A DNA stretch of 64,000 nucleotides from an uncultured Rivularia sp. (GCA_963665115.1 OY762007.1:3040001-3104000); one strand, 5' to 3'. Numbered from the stretch's first letter, positions 22,829-31,233 are shown. The notes: generated by a model not told the origin, from the letters alone. Numbers and translations: made by a program.

Positions 22829-22957
22829 TGGCGAGTAGCTCAGTTGGATAGAGCAACAGAAGAATATCCTTTTTCACAAACTTGCCTTTCAGGGGACGAA
22901 GAATTAGGTTTATCGATTTTAATCTGAATGCCGCAAGTTCGAGTCTTGCCTCGCCAC
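22829..22957 (+). ncRNA. tRNA-like element 4 (Lys-like scaffold) with the conserved module; putative Y-like RNA
   Basis: Acceptor TGGCGAG/CTCGCCA; D arm GCTC-AGTTGGATA-GAGC; CAGA/TCTG stem with residual TTTTAA; T arm GCAAG-TTCGAGT-CTTGC. Confidence 0.85.
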
Positions 22958-22993
22958 CTTTCATTTTGTCCGCAAGGGCTGGGAGTTAAAATA

Positions 22994-24604
22994 ATGAACT
23001 ATAAATTTTTTACTAAAAATAATCAAAATAAAAATACACCGCAAAATCAACCTATCCCTGGCAGAGAAGCTGAAATGATTCAGGGAAGAAGCGGCGGTTA
23101 TATGTTTGATGCTGGTATATGGCAAATGCTGCGACGCTGTTTGCTAATTGGTACCGCTAAAAGCACTTATTATGCAGGAAAGCGCGAATTAACAGAAGAT
23201 TTTGTTTCAACCGTTCAAAAAGCTGTTGATGAAAACCCAAATCGAGTTGCTGAAGAAATTCTCTATGCTAGCGATGGACGAGCTATCAATAACAGCGCTC
23301 CTATTTTTGCTTTAGTGTTGCTATCGATGGGTAAAACACCGGAAGCTAAAAAAGCTTTTACAGAAATCTTTCCGCAAGTAGTTCGTACTGGCAGTCATTT
23401 TTATGAATGGTTGAGTTATACCAAATCGCTGCGGGGTTTCGGTAAAGTTGTCCGCGAAGCTGGTAAAACCTGGTTATCGCGTGCAGATGCTAAAGCTTTA
23501 GCTTATCAATTGTTGAAATATCAGCAACGTCATGACTTCACCAACCGCGATGCTTTACGATTGTTTCACGTCAAACCACCTTCCCAAGATCATGAATTAT
23601 TGTTTAATTGGGTAGTCAAAGGTTGGGAAGAATTACCAACGAATATTCCCAGCGAAGCATTAGCGCAAATTTGGTGGTACGAATGGTTGAAGCGCAATCC
23701 AGATCGAACCCATGAAGCTATTACTCAAGGGCGTTTGACTCATGAAATGTCTGCTCCGGTGGGCAAAATGGATAAGCAAGCTTGGCAATTGTTATTTAAC
23801 GAAATGCCGATTGGCGCAATGTTGCGTAACTTGGGTTCGCTGACTGAATTGGATGTATTGCGAACTGATGAAACTGCAAACCTCGATCGCGTTGAAGCAG
23901 TTTTAAATAGTAAAGAGCGTTTACGAAAAGGACGCATTCATCCGATTGATGTTTTGAAAGCCCTTAAAACCTATCAATCGGGAGGAAAATTAGGACGCAG
24001 TAAAAAGACTTGGAATCCAGTTAGCCGCATAGTAGACATTTTAGAAAAAGCGTTAGAACTGTCTTTTGATGTAGTTGAGCCTACGGGTAAAGTTTTCATG
24101 CACGCGGTTGACATTTCCGGTTCGATGTCTAGCAGTACCGTCAGTTCGGTTGGACTTACCTGCTGTGAAATTGCTACTACAATGGCATTAGTTACCGCTA
24201 AAGCTGAGAAAAACTATATGATTCGCGGTTTTGCTACCGACTTTCGCAACTTGGGCATAACTGCAAAAGATAGTTTTAGTTCGGCGATCGCCAAAGCTAG
24301 AAATCAAAACTTCGGCGGAACTGATGCTTCAGTTGCTTATGATTGGATGATTAAAAACAACTTCAAAGCTGATGTAATTTGTTTTTGGACTGACTCAGAA
24401 AGTTGGGCTGGTAGAAGTCATCCATCGCAGGCATTAGCACGATATCGTAAGAGAGTCAATCCCAATGCGAAAGCCGTTTATATCACTCTTGCACCTTATC
24501 AGATTACCTTAGTAGACCCCAAAGACCCGTTATCGTGGGACATCGGCGGATTCGATCCAGGTGCGCCGCGTTTGATTCAAATGCTTGCTGAGGGTGGATT
24601 ATAA
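22994..24604 (+). CDS. rsr: Ro60/Rsr-family TROVE + vWA RNA-binding protein
   Basis: TROVE motifs (SGGYMF, LRRCLLIGT..STYY, LLKYQQR, MPIGAMLRNLG, RIHPIDVL) and vWA MIDAS (DISGSM, GGTD, TDSE). ATG 22994 follows GGGAG; the ORF-track start at 22928 lies inside tRNA-like element 4. Confidence 0.93.
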   Translation: MNYKFFTKNNQNKNTPQNQPIPGREAEMIQGRSGGYMFDAGIWQMLRRCLLIGTAKSTYYAGKRELTEDFVSTVQKAVDENPNRVAEEILYASDGRAINNSAPIFALVLLSMGKTPEAKKAFTEIFPQVVRTGSHFYEWLSYTKSLRGFGKVVREAGKTWLSRADAKALAYQLLKYQQRHDFTNRDALRLFHVKPPSQDHELLFNWVVKGWEELPTNIPSEALAQIWWYEWLKRNPDRTHEAITQGRLTHEMSAPVGKMDKQAWQLLFNEMPIGAMLRNLGSLTELDVLRTDETANLDRVEAVLNSKERLRKGRIHPIDVLKALKTYQSGGKLGRSKKTWNPVSRIVDILEKALELSFDVVEPTGKVFMHAVDISGSMSSSTVSSVGLTCCEIATTMALVTAKAEKNYMIRGFATDFRNLGITAKDSFSSAIAKARNQNFGGTDASVAYDWMIKNNFKADVICFWTDSESWAGRSHPSQALARYRKRVNPNAKAVYITLAPYQITLVDPKDPLSWDIGGFDPGAPRLIQMLAEGGL

Positions 24605-24612
24605 TTGCTTAA

Positions 24613-24650
24613 AGAGATAAGGGAATGAAATTAACATCCCTTTTTCTCTC
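24613..24650 (+). terminator. Stem-loop right after the TROVE stop codon (terminator or processing/stability hairpin)
   Basis: GAGATAAGGGAATG ... CATCCCTTTTTCTC imperfect inverted repeat. Confidence 0.45.
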
Positions 24651-24656
24651 AATCAT

Positions 24657-24768
24657 GGCGGGATTTCCTGGTTCGCAACTTGCCCATATCGGGACGATGA
24701 ATTTAGGATTATCGGCATCAAATCTCCACCATTTAGGGGATCAACGGGTTCGATCCCCGTACCCGCCT
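24657..24768 (+). ncRNA. tRNA-like element 5 with the same module placed where the D arm would be; putative Y-like RNA
   Basis: Acceptor GGCGGG/CCCGCC; module CAACTTGCCC-ATATC-GGGACG..AGGATTATCG directly after the 5' strand; hairpin ATCTCC/GGGGAT; T arm ACGGG-TTCGATC-CCCGT; followed by a T-run. Confidence 0.8.
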
Positions 24769-24913
24769 TTTTATTAAATAAAGCAGCACAATACTTATTA
24801 AGAATGATTTATTTGGACTGCTATATATGCCTTGAGGGCAGTTTAGTAATAATTTAGAACTGTTAAATTGTTGATGAAAAATAATTTGCAGTTTATAACT
24901 TGATACTTAAACA

Positions 24914-25588
24914 ATGGCATTTAAAGGCGTAATTTTGGATGTAGATGGAACTTTAGTTATCAGTAATGACGCTCATGCTCATGCTTGGGTAGAAGCATTT
25001 GCAAAATTCGGTTACGAAGTAAAATATGACGAAGTTCGACCATTAATTGGCATGGGTGGCGATCAAATTATTCCTAAATTCGCGCCAGGGCTTTCCGATG
25101 AAGAAGGAACAGGCAAAGAAATAACTAGTTACCGCAAAGAAATAGTACTTGATAAATTTGTACCACAAATCTCTGCCGCAAATGGTGCTAGGGATATGGT
25201 ATTAAAACTGCAAGAAAAAGGAAAACGTATAGTAATTGCGACTTCAGCAAGTTCTAAAGTCCTAACATCTTTACTCAAAGTTGCAAAAGTAGACGATATT
25301 CTCAGTCAAGATGACGCTACAAGTTCGGATGATGCAGAAAATTCAAAACCAGCACCAGATATCGTCGAAGCTGCTTTGAAAAAGTTTGAAATGCAGCCTA
25401 ATGAAATTGTGATGATAGGCGATACTCCTTACGATATTAAAGCAGCAAATAAAGCTGGAGTACAAGTAATTGCAGTGCGTAGCGGTGGTTTTGATGATTC
25501 TGAGTTAAAGAGTGCGATCGCCATTTACAACGATGCGGCTGATTTGGTAGAAAACTACGATAATTCACCGCTAGCAAGCGCGAAATAA
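24914..25588 (+). CDS. HAD-superfamily hydrolase
   Basis: DVDGTLV, ATS, KPAPD and IGDTPYD motifs. Confidence 0.92.
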   Translation: MAFKGVILDVDGTLVISNDAHAHAWVEAFAKFGYEVKYDEVRPLIGMGGDQIIPKFAPGLSDEEGTGKEITSYRKEIVLDKFVPQISAANGARDMVLKLQEKGKRIVIATSASSKVLTSLLKVAKVDDILSQDDATSSDDAENSKPAPDIVEAALKKFEMQPNEIVMIGDTPYDIKAANKAGVQVIAVRSGGFDDSELKSAIAIYNDAADLVENYDNSPLASAK

Positions 25589-25677
25589 TTGTAATAGATT
25601 TATTTTTGTCGTAGTGTGGTTAAGAAAGGGTTATTTGAATTTCTAGCCACCTACATAAAAAATAAAATTCAAAATTT

Positions 25678-25974
25678 ATGAAATTAATTGCAAGCGTGCT
25701 GGTTTCGCTAAGTATTATGTTTTCATTCGCTTTACCCGCGAATGCTGCTATAAGCTGCCGCGATTTTAACGGACATGAAGTTTGCGTTCTTAATATTAAG
25801 CGTAGTGCTAAAAGATATTGGAATTACAGAACAACTATTAGTATTGATGGCAAGAAACAACCTAGAGAAGTCTATAACTGTCGTAGCGAATACAAGATTC
25901 AAAATGATGGAAAAATAGTCAAGTTTAAGGAAGATGGTGTAGGTAATTTAGTATGCAAATATTTTAAGAAATAG
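25678..25974 (+). CDS. Small secreted hypothetical protein with four Cys
   Basis: Signal peptide ending PANA; KRSAK.YW.YR and YNCR motifs. Confidence 0.75.
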   Translation: MKLIASVLVSLSIMFSFALPANAAISCRDFNGHEVCVLNIKRSAKRYWNYRTTISIDGKKQPREVYNCRSEYKIQNDGKIVKFKEDGVGNLVCKYFKK

Positions 25975-26389
25975 TTGGTTTTGTTTAGAATATTTGAATA
26001 AAAAAACCATTATAGACGCAGAGGGCGCAGAGGGAAGAGATTGAAGAGGAATAACTCGTTTCAGTATTAGAAATGAGTTATTTTAGCTATGAGATTTTAT
26101 TTGTTACTTGCTACGAGTATACAGGCAAGAATGAAGACGGTAAAACCTACGTAACTAAATACGGTTATCCAATCTTGCCAGTTAGGGGGAAGGATAAAAG
26201 ATGAATTGTTCATTGATGAAAATTAAAAGTATATTTTAAGTAAACTTTCTCTAAATTGAATTTCGATCTAGTTCCCAGGTTCAACCTGGGAACCAGTGTT
26301 TGTAGGCTCTGCCTCCAATTATTGCAACTGGTGCAAGATGTTACTTCTTATCTAAATAAATTTTAAATTTAAAGTTGTGACTAAAGTCA

Positions 26390-26737
26390 ATGGAAAAGGT
26401 AGAAAAATATCGAGAATATATTCAAAGTATATTAGCAGATTATGCTGAAAGTAAAACTTCATATAATCCCGATGATAAATTGGAAATGCAAACCATTTTT
26501 GATACAGTGCGCGACCATTATCAGCTAATTTATGTGGGATGGGATAAAAAAGGTAACAGAGTTTATGGTCCAGTAATGCACTTAGATATTAAAAATGGCA
26601 AGATTTGGATTCAGTGGAACGGTACGGAAGATGATATTGCTGTTGAATTAGTGGAAAAAGGTGTTTCTAGAGAAGATATTGTTATAGGATTTCAAACGCC
26701 ATTCATGCGTAAGTTTAGTGATTATGCTGTGAGTTGA
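26390..26737 (+). CDS. xisI: XisI-family protein
   Basis: FD..RDHYQL..VGW, HLDIKNGKIWIQ..GTE..IA.EL..GV.REDIVIGF. Confidence 0.92.
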   Translation: MEKVEKYREYIQSILADYAESKTSYNPDDKLEMQTIFDTVRDHYQLIYVGWDKKGNRVYGPVMHLDIKNGKIWIQWNGTEDDIAVELVEKGVSREDIVIGFQTPFMRKFSDYAVS

Positions 26738-26740
26738 TGT

Positions 26741-29113
26741 TTAATAGGTAAGTTTGCGTTTTTCAATTTCAGCGATAGGTAAGAGTAAGGTTTCTTCGAT
26801 GTAGGAACGAATTTTGGAAGTTACATAGGAATCGCTATTTAGGCAGTCTACTATTACCTTATTAGCAAAACAGTATTTATGTAATAAATTCTGTTGTTCT
26901 TTGTTGAACTGCCAATCATAACCAATATTGCGATGTTCAATCATGATTTCTCTTAAGAGTTTAGTCCACTTCTGACCGTTGACTTTCCACCATACACAAA
27001 ATTTATCTTTATCCACTTCCGAATTAGGTAAATCATTACTCATTTTTTGCAATGCTTGCTTTAATTTAGGTTCAAATGCACGGGTAAGACTTGCTATCAA
27101 AGAAATATATAAACACTCGCTAAAACTTTCCTTTTTAAGATTGTAAGGGGGATTCATTATAGATGAATAAAATAAAGCTAAAATAAGACTACAATCTAAA
27201 AGTAAGTTTTTAGTATAAGTTGGATGAACAGAAGAATCATTTACCGCATCTACTATTGGGATAATATTACGTTCTAAGGATGGATCTATATTAAATTGAG
27301 GCAAACAAACTTGTGTATCCCACAAATAATAACAGATACGAACACCGGCTGGTTTATAACTATCTGTGACAGAAAGAGATTTATCTTTTAACCATCCTAA
27401 ATACTGTTGAAACTTTTCATTCCTAGCTAAAAGTTCATCAACCTGCTTTTTCATCAACAATAATAAACAGTCAGCATTTGGCAACATCTCAACTGTCAGT
27501 AGAAATACTTCTTGCCATCTAGATTCATCAATATGGCTGGCAAGACTTTGCAAATCTTTATCATCTAAAGAATATGGATTACAGCTATTAACTATTTTTC
27601 TCGCGGTAAAATACTCCTGAAACGTCAAATGGGAAAATGAGTAAATTTCTCTTGCTCTTTCTACGAACAATCCATGTTGAGCTTCAATTGACTTGAGTAC
27701 AGCTTCACTATCAAGCTCTAGTGCTTTTGAATCTGTTTTTGCATCTGGTAAGTTACGAATATAATCAGCAATATATCGTTCAATATCTTTTTGTTTGAAA
27801 AAATAATTTTTATTCTCAAATGTAGTAAAAGCAACTTCACTCAATAAATCTTCTTTACGCTGAACAGATAGCTTCTTATAAACTTGTTCTCTAACAATTC
27901 CACGTTTTGCATCCCATTTTCTTAATAATGTATGGGTTGCTCTTTTATACAATTCTGCACGTTCAGCAGGAAAATCACCTGAATCTTCAAATTCTAAGCA
28001 TAGTAACGTTAGCAATAAAGGATTTGTAGCTAATTCTTTTATTTGCTTATTTTTCTTGAGTTGGCCAATAAATTTATCAGATAATTCCAATTCTTTAGTA
28101 TTAAACCACTTATCTACGAATATCCGAATCTGCTTATCATCAAAATCGGCTATTTCCACTTCTGTAAATTCTTCAAAAGTGTATTCACTAGCTGCAATCC
28201 TACAGGTTATAACAAATTGATTCTTGTAATATTTGAATAAATTTTTAATCTGTCTTAATACCCGCTGTATATCTTCTTCTCTGACTTCATCTAAGCCATC
28301 AAGACAAAAAAATGTTCTACCTTGTTTTAGTAAATTATCTACTTGAGCAGAGTTAATCTTATTGTTAACAAAAGTTTGAATAATAAATTCTGAAAAATTA
28401 GGGTGATTCGGGGTTTCAGCAAATTCTTTTAGCGTTATGAAAATTGGTACTTGATTAGCTTGTAACTCACCTCTTATGCATTGAATGGCTAAATACTTTA
28501 AAAATGTTGTTTTACCTGCTCCGGGTTTACCTAATACCATCAGTTTAGAATTGTTTTTTACAGCTTCTAAACCTGGTACTCGCTTTTGTTCAATATCCGT
28601 CAATCCATAGCGGTTAAAGTCGTGAAATTCTAGGTCAAAATTTTGTTGTAGTTTAGCTATTTCTAACCGTCTACGCCCTGTGATTTTCTCTAAAATATTT
28701 ACATCAGTATAGATATTATTTAAGCCGACAGGCTGCGTCATATCTAGTACCCGCATAGTGCCGCAGCGTTGCTGAATCGTTTCGTAAAATTGCGATCGCA
28801 ATTTTTCCACTAAATCATCTATCTGTTCTTGCGTACACTCAAAATTCTCAGTTGTTAAATTATTTACTTTTGCGAATTTAGTAGTAAGCCAGTTGAGCAA
28901 TTTTGTTTGTTTACCCGTACCTTTACCTTTAATACTAAACTTTTTATAAACGTTGCTCATTCTAGTTGTAAAGGCACTTTCGGAGATACATAGTTTGTCT
29001 GCTATTTCCTCCCGTGTATTCTTGCTTCTAAACAAAGCTACAAAAGTTTCCTCTTGTTCTGGTGAAAGCTCGTACTTACGAGCCATTTCAGTTAAAAAAT
29101 CATGCGGTAACAT
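26741..29113 (-). CDS. NACHT-family STAND NTPase with an N-terminal HTH
   Basis: N-terminal REEIADKLCISESAFTTRMSNVYKKF; Walker A GKPGAGKTT; LDGLDEV; ITCR; NPLLLTL; FSHLTFQEYF. Confidence 0.92.
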   Translation of the reverse strand: MLPHDFLTEMARKYELSPEQEETFVALFRSKNTREEIADKLCISESAFTTRMSNVYKKFSIKGKGTGKQTKLLNWLTTKFAKVNNLTTENFECTQEQIDDLVEKLRSQFYETIQQRCGTMRVLDMTQPVGLNNIYTDVNILEKITGRRRLEIAKLQQNFDLEFHDFNRYGLTDIEQKRVPGLEAVKNNSKLMVLGKPGAGKTTFLKYLAIQCIRGELQANQVPIFITLKEFAETPNHPNFSEFIIQTFVNNKINSAQVDNLLKQGRTFFCLDGLDEVREEDIQRVLRQIKNLFKYYKNQFVITCRIAASEYTFEEFTEVEIADFDDKQIRIFVDKWFNTKELELSDKFIGQLKKNKQIKELATNPLLLTLLCLEFEDSGDFPAERAELYKRATHTLLRKWDAKRGIVREQVYKKLSVQRKEDLLSEVAFTTFENKNYFFKQKDIERYIADYIRNLPDAKTDSKALELDSEAVLKSIEAQHGLFVERAREIYSFSHLTFQEYFTARKIVNSCNPYSLDDKDLQSLASHIDESRWQEVFLLTVEMLPNADCLLLLMKKQVDELLARNEKFQQYLGWLKDKSLSVTDSYKPAGVRICYYLWDTQVCLPQFNIDPSLERNIIPIVDAVNDSSVHPTYTKNLLLDCSLILALFYSSIMNPPYNLKKESFSECLYISLIASLTRAFEPKLKQALQKMSNDLPNSEVDKDKFCVWWKVNGQKWTKLLREIMIEHRNIGYDWQFNKEQQNLLHKYCFANKVIVDCLNSDSYVTSKIRSYIEETLLLPIAEIEKRKLTY

Positions 29114-29225
29114 CAGATATTTCGTTATTTATCTAAAAAATTGAATAAATCCGGTTTAGTCTTTCATATTGCTTATTTTGACTTATAAATAGCAATTTTG
29201 AGCCAGCTACACACATGATTGGAGT

Positions 29226-29255
29226 TATGTCAGTCTAAGTCAGCCTATGTCAGTT
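29226..29255. promoter_or_regulatory. Three 10-bp direct repeats (TAWGTCAG core) between divergent genes
   Basis: TATGTCAGTC TAAGTCAGCC TATGTCAGTT. Confidence 0.45.
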
Positions 29256-29322
29256 TCAGTATGAGAGTTATCTCCAAAACAAAGTTGCAAGAATAAATAA
29301 GCGCAACTTTTAGGAAATAACT

Positions 29323-29973
29323 TTGATGAAAACCACTTACATCAACCAACCCTATCACCACAAACAAAACAATCTTCCCAGCGTAACCACCGTTTTAAAG
29401 TCAACACAATCGGCAAAGTCTTTAGCAGCTTTATCTTCTTGGCGTAAAACAATCGGTAAAACAAAGGCAAATCAAATAGTATTTAATAGCTTTCGTCGCG
29501 GAAAAGCTTTACATCAAACAATTCAAGAACATTTGCAAGGTAACTTATATAAACCGAAAAACAAGTTTATCGAACCTTACTGGGATAGTATTCAATCCGT
29601 GCTAAACGAACTTAGCGATATTCAATTAATTGAAAAACTTATACCCAACTATCAAGAAAGCTATGCGGCAAGAGTAGATTTAGTAGCACGTTACAAAGGT
29701 ATTCCTCACGTAATTGAATGGACTACTTCTGAAAAACCGAAATTTAAACTTGAAAATCTTTATGACAAGCCTTTACAGCTAGTTGCTTATGGCGGTGCAA
29801 TTAATAGATATTATGGTGAAAGTCTTTTTTGCTGTAATATTCGCCGTGCTTTAATCGTTGTCGCTTTACCTGATAGAGAAGCAGAGATTTTTGAATTTGA
29901 CAGAGCAAGCTTGATTGATTACTGGAAATTATGGCATTCCCGACTAAAGTTATTTTATCAACCTAATACATAG
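29323..29973 (+). CDS. PD-(D/E)XK exonuclease-like protein with a degenerate catalytic motif
   Basis: LPSVTTVL, L..WR..G, RG..LH, YAARVD and LQL.AY motifs; IEWTTS in place of the usual IDWKTS. Confidence 0.75.
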   Translation: MMKTTYINQPYHHKQNNLPSVTTVLKSTQSAKSLAALSSWRKTIGKTKANQIVFNSFRRGKALHQTIQEHLQGNLYKPKNKFIEPYWDSIQSVLNELSDIQLIEKLIPNYQESYAARVDLVARYKGIPHVIEWTTSEKPKFKLENLYDKPLQLVAYGGAINRYYGESLFCCNIRRALIVVALPDREAEIFEFDRASLIDYWKLWHSRLKLFYQPNT

Positions 29974-30047
29974 AAGTTTAATGATTTTTTAGTCCGCGAA
30001 GGCGGACTTTGCTTCTGTAGCCCCACCCTTTGAGGGTGAGGGCTATT

Positions 30048-30659
30048 TTATGACGATTCCAAATCCCCCGGAGAATTGCAATTAAACAACATCAAATCCG
30101 CCTTCTCATCAACATTTAAAGCTTCTACCTCAATCCCCGAAAGCAACTCCTGAAACGAACGCTTTCCCTTTTTCAAAAAACTATCTAATTCTGTTTTCAC
30201 CTCTTTTCTATAAAAACCACACATCGGTTCCCAAATATCCGAACGTTGAGGAACTAAAGCTAATGTTGAAGTTGGAATTTGTGCAAGTTTATTTATCCAG
30301 CTTTGAATAATTTCTATATCTAATAAAGGTAAATCGCAAGCAAGTAATAATATCCAGTCGGCGGAAATTTGCTCTAAACCTTCGGATAAACCATTTACTG
30401 GCCCTTTTCCTGGTTGACTTTCAATTAAATACTGACAATCTGACGGCAAAATATTTTGATAGCGTTCAATCCAAGGAGTTAAAACATAAACTTGTTCGGT
30501 ACAAGCAGCAGCAACTTGATAAACCCGTTGCAAAATTGGTTTACCTTGATAATTTACAAGTGCTTTATCTGTGCCCATACGAGAACTTTTACCGCCAGCG
30601 AGGATTAAGGCGGCGATGGGGAGATTGGGAGATTGGGAGATTGGGAGATGGGGAGACAA
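30048..30659 (-). CDS. mobA: Molybdenum cofactor guanylyltransferase
   Basis: LAGGKSSRMGTDKA, GP..G, LACDLP and FNCNSP motifs; next to narB. Confidence 0.93.
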   Translation of the reverse strand: MSPHLPISQSPNLPIAALILAGGKSSRMGTDKALVNYQGKPILQRVYQVAAACTEQVYVLTPWIERYQNILPSDCQYLIESQPGKGPVNGLSEGLEQISADWILLLACDLPLLDIEIIQSWINKLAQIPTSTLALVPQRSDIWEPMCGFYRKEVKTELDSFLKKGKRSFQELLSGIEVEALNVDEKADLMLFNCNSPGDLESS

Positions 30660-30718
30660 GGGGATGAGTAGTTAGGAGTTATGAGTTATTTACCTTTAAC
30701 CTTTGACCTTTAACCTAT

Positions 30719-31171
30719 TTACACTAACCCAAATTCCTGAACTGCTGGATAAAAGTTCTTGTTTTCATGGCTACTACGACTCAATTTTATTAATGCAAAA
30801 CGTTGCAATGGTGTCAGTTTTTCCCATTCTTCAACTGCAATATTTACGTTAGATTCTGCGGCTTTTGTTTGTATTGTTTCGGGAATTTCTTTGTCGTTCA
30901 TCCAAGCGGGATTGTCTTCTACGGGAAGTTCGCTTGCTGCGGTTCCTGTTTTTTCAATAATCAAGTTTTGCAAATATTCTCGATATTTCTGACATTCTTG
31001 ATTACTCGTACATGGCATTTCAACTAATGCTTGGTGCTCTTGTTCGGTAAATTGATGCCAGTGAGATAATTTTAATTTGACTCCGCAGTTGTCAAGTTTA
31101 TAACGTACCTGCATGGGGATGCAGCGCAAGCTATCAACAAAATCAGCCTCGAATTTAAAAAAGTCGCTCAT
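30719..31171 (-). CDS. narM: Nitrate reductase-associated protein
   Basis: FFKFEADFVDSLRCIPMQVRYKLD..GVKLKL and LQRFALIKLSR motifs; next to narB. Confidence 0.9.
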   Translation of the reverse strand: MSDFFKFEADFVDSLRCIPMQVRYKLDNCGVKLKLSHWHQFTEQEHQALVEMPCTSNQECQKYREYLQNLIIEKTGTAASELPVEDNPAWMNDKEIPETIQTKAAESNVNIAVEEWEKLTPLQRFALIKLSRSSHENKNFYPAVQEFGLV

Positions 31172-31219
31172 TTTAATTATTCCAAATATTTCTTTTTTGC
31201 CACATTTTTCAAAAATTCT

Positions 31220-31233
31220 GTAACTCTCATTAC
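31220..31233. promoter_or_regulatory. NtcA-box consensus GTA-N8-TAC
   Basis: GTA ACTCTCAT TAC, 49 nt upstream of the narM start; a GTT-N8-TAC variant lies at 31252-31265. Confidence 0.45.

Noticed and set aside
22340..22920. CRISPR array (recurring motif at roughly 155-185 nt spacing)
   Set aside because: The repeats are degenerate and bipartite, the intervening sequence is tRNA structure, and no cas genes are present.
22307..22957. Ordinary functional tRNA cluster, or tRNAs with group I/II introns
   Set aside because: The inserts are only ~55-70 nt, far too short for self-splicing introns. D and T loop consensus is eroded in most units, and the same insert occurs at a different position in unit 5.
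22623..22993. ORF 22623-22805 (-) and the 22928 start for TROVE
   Set aside because: Both overlap tRNA-like elements. ATG 22994 has a GGGAG RBS and begins the protein-like sequence.
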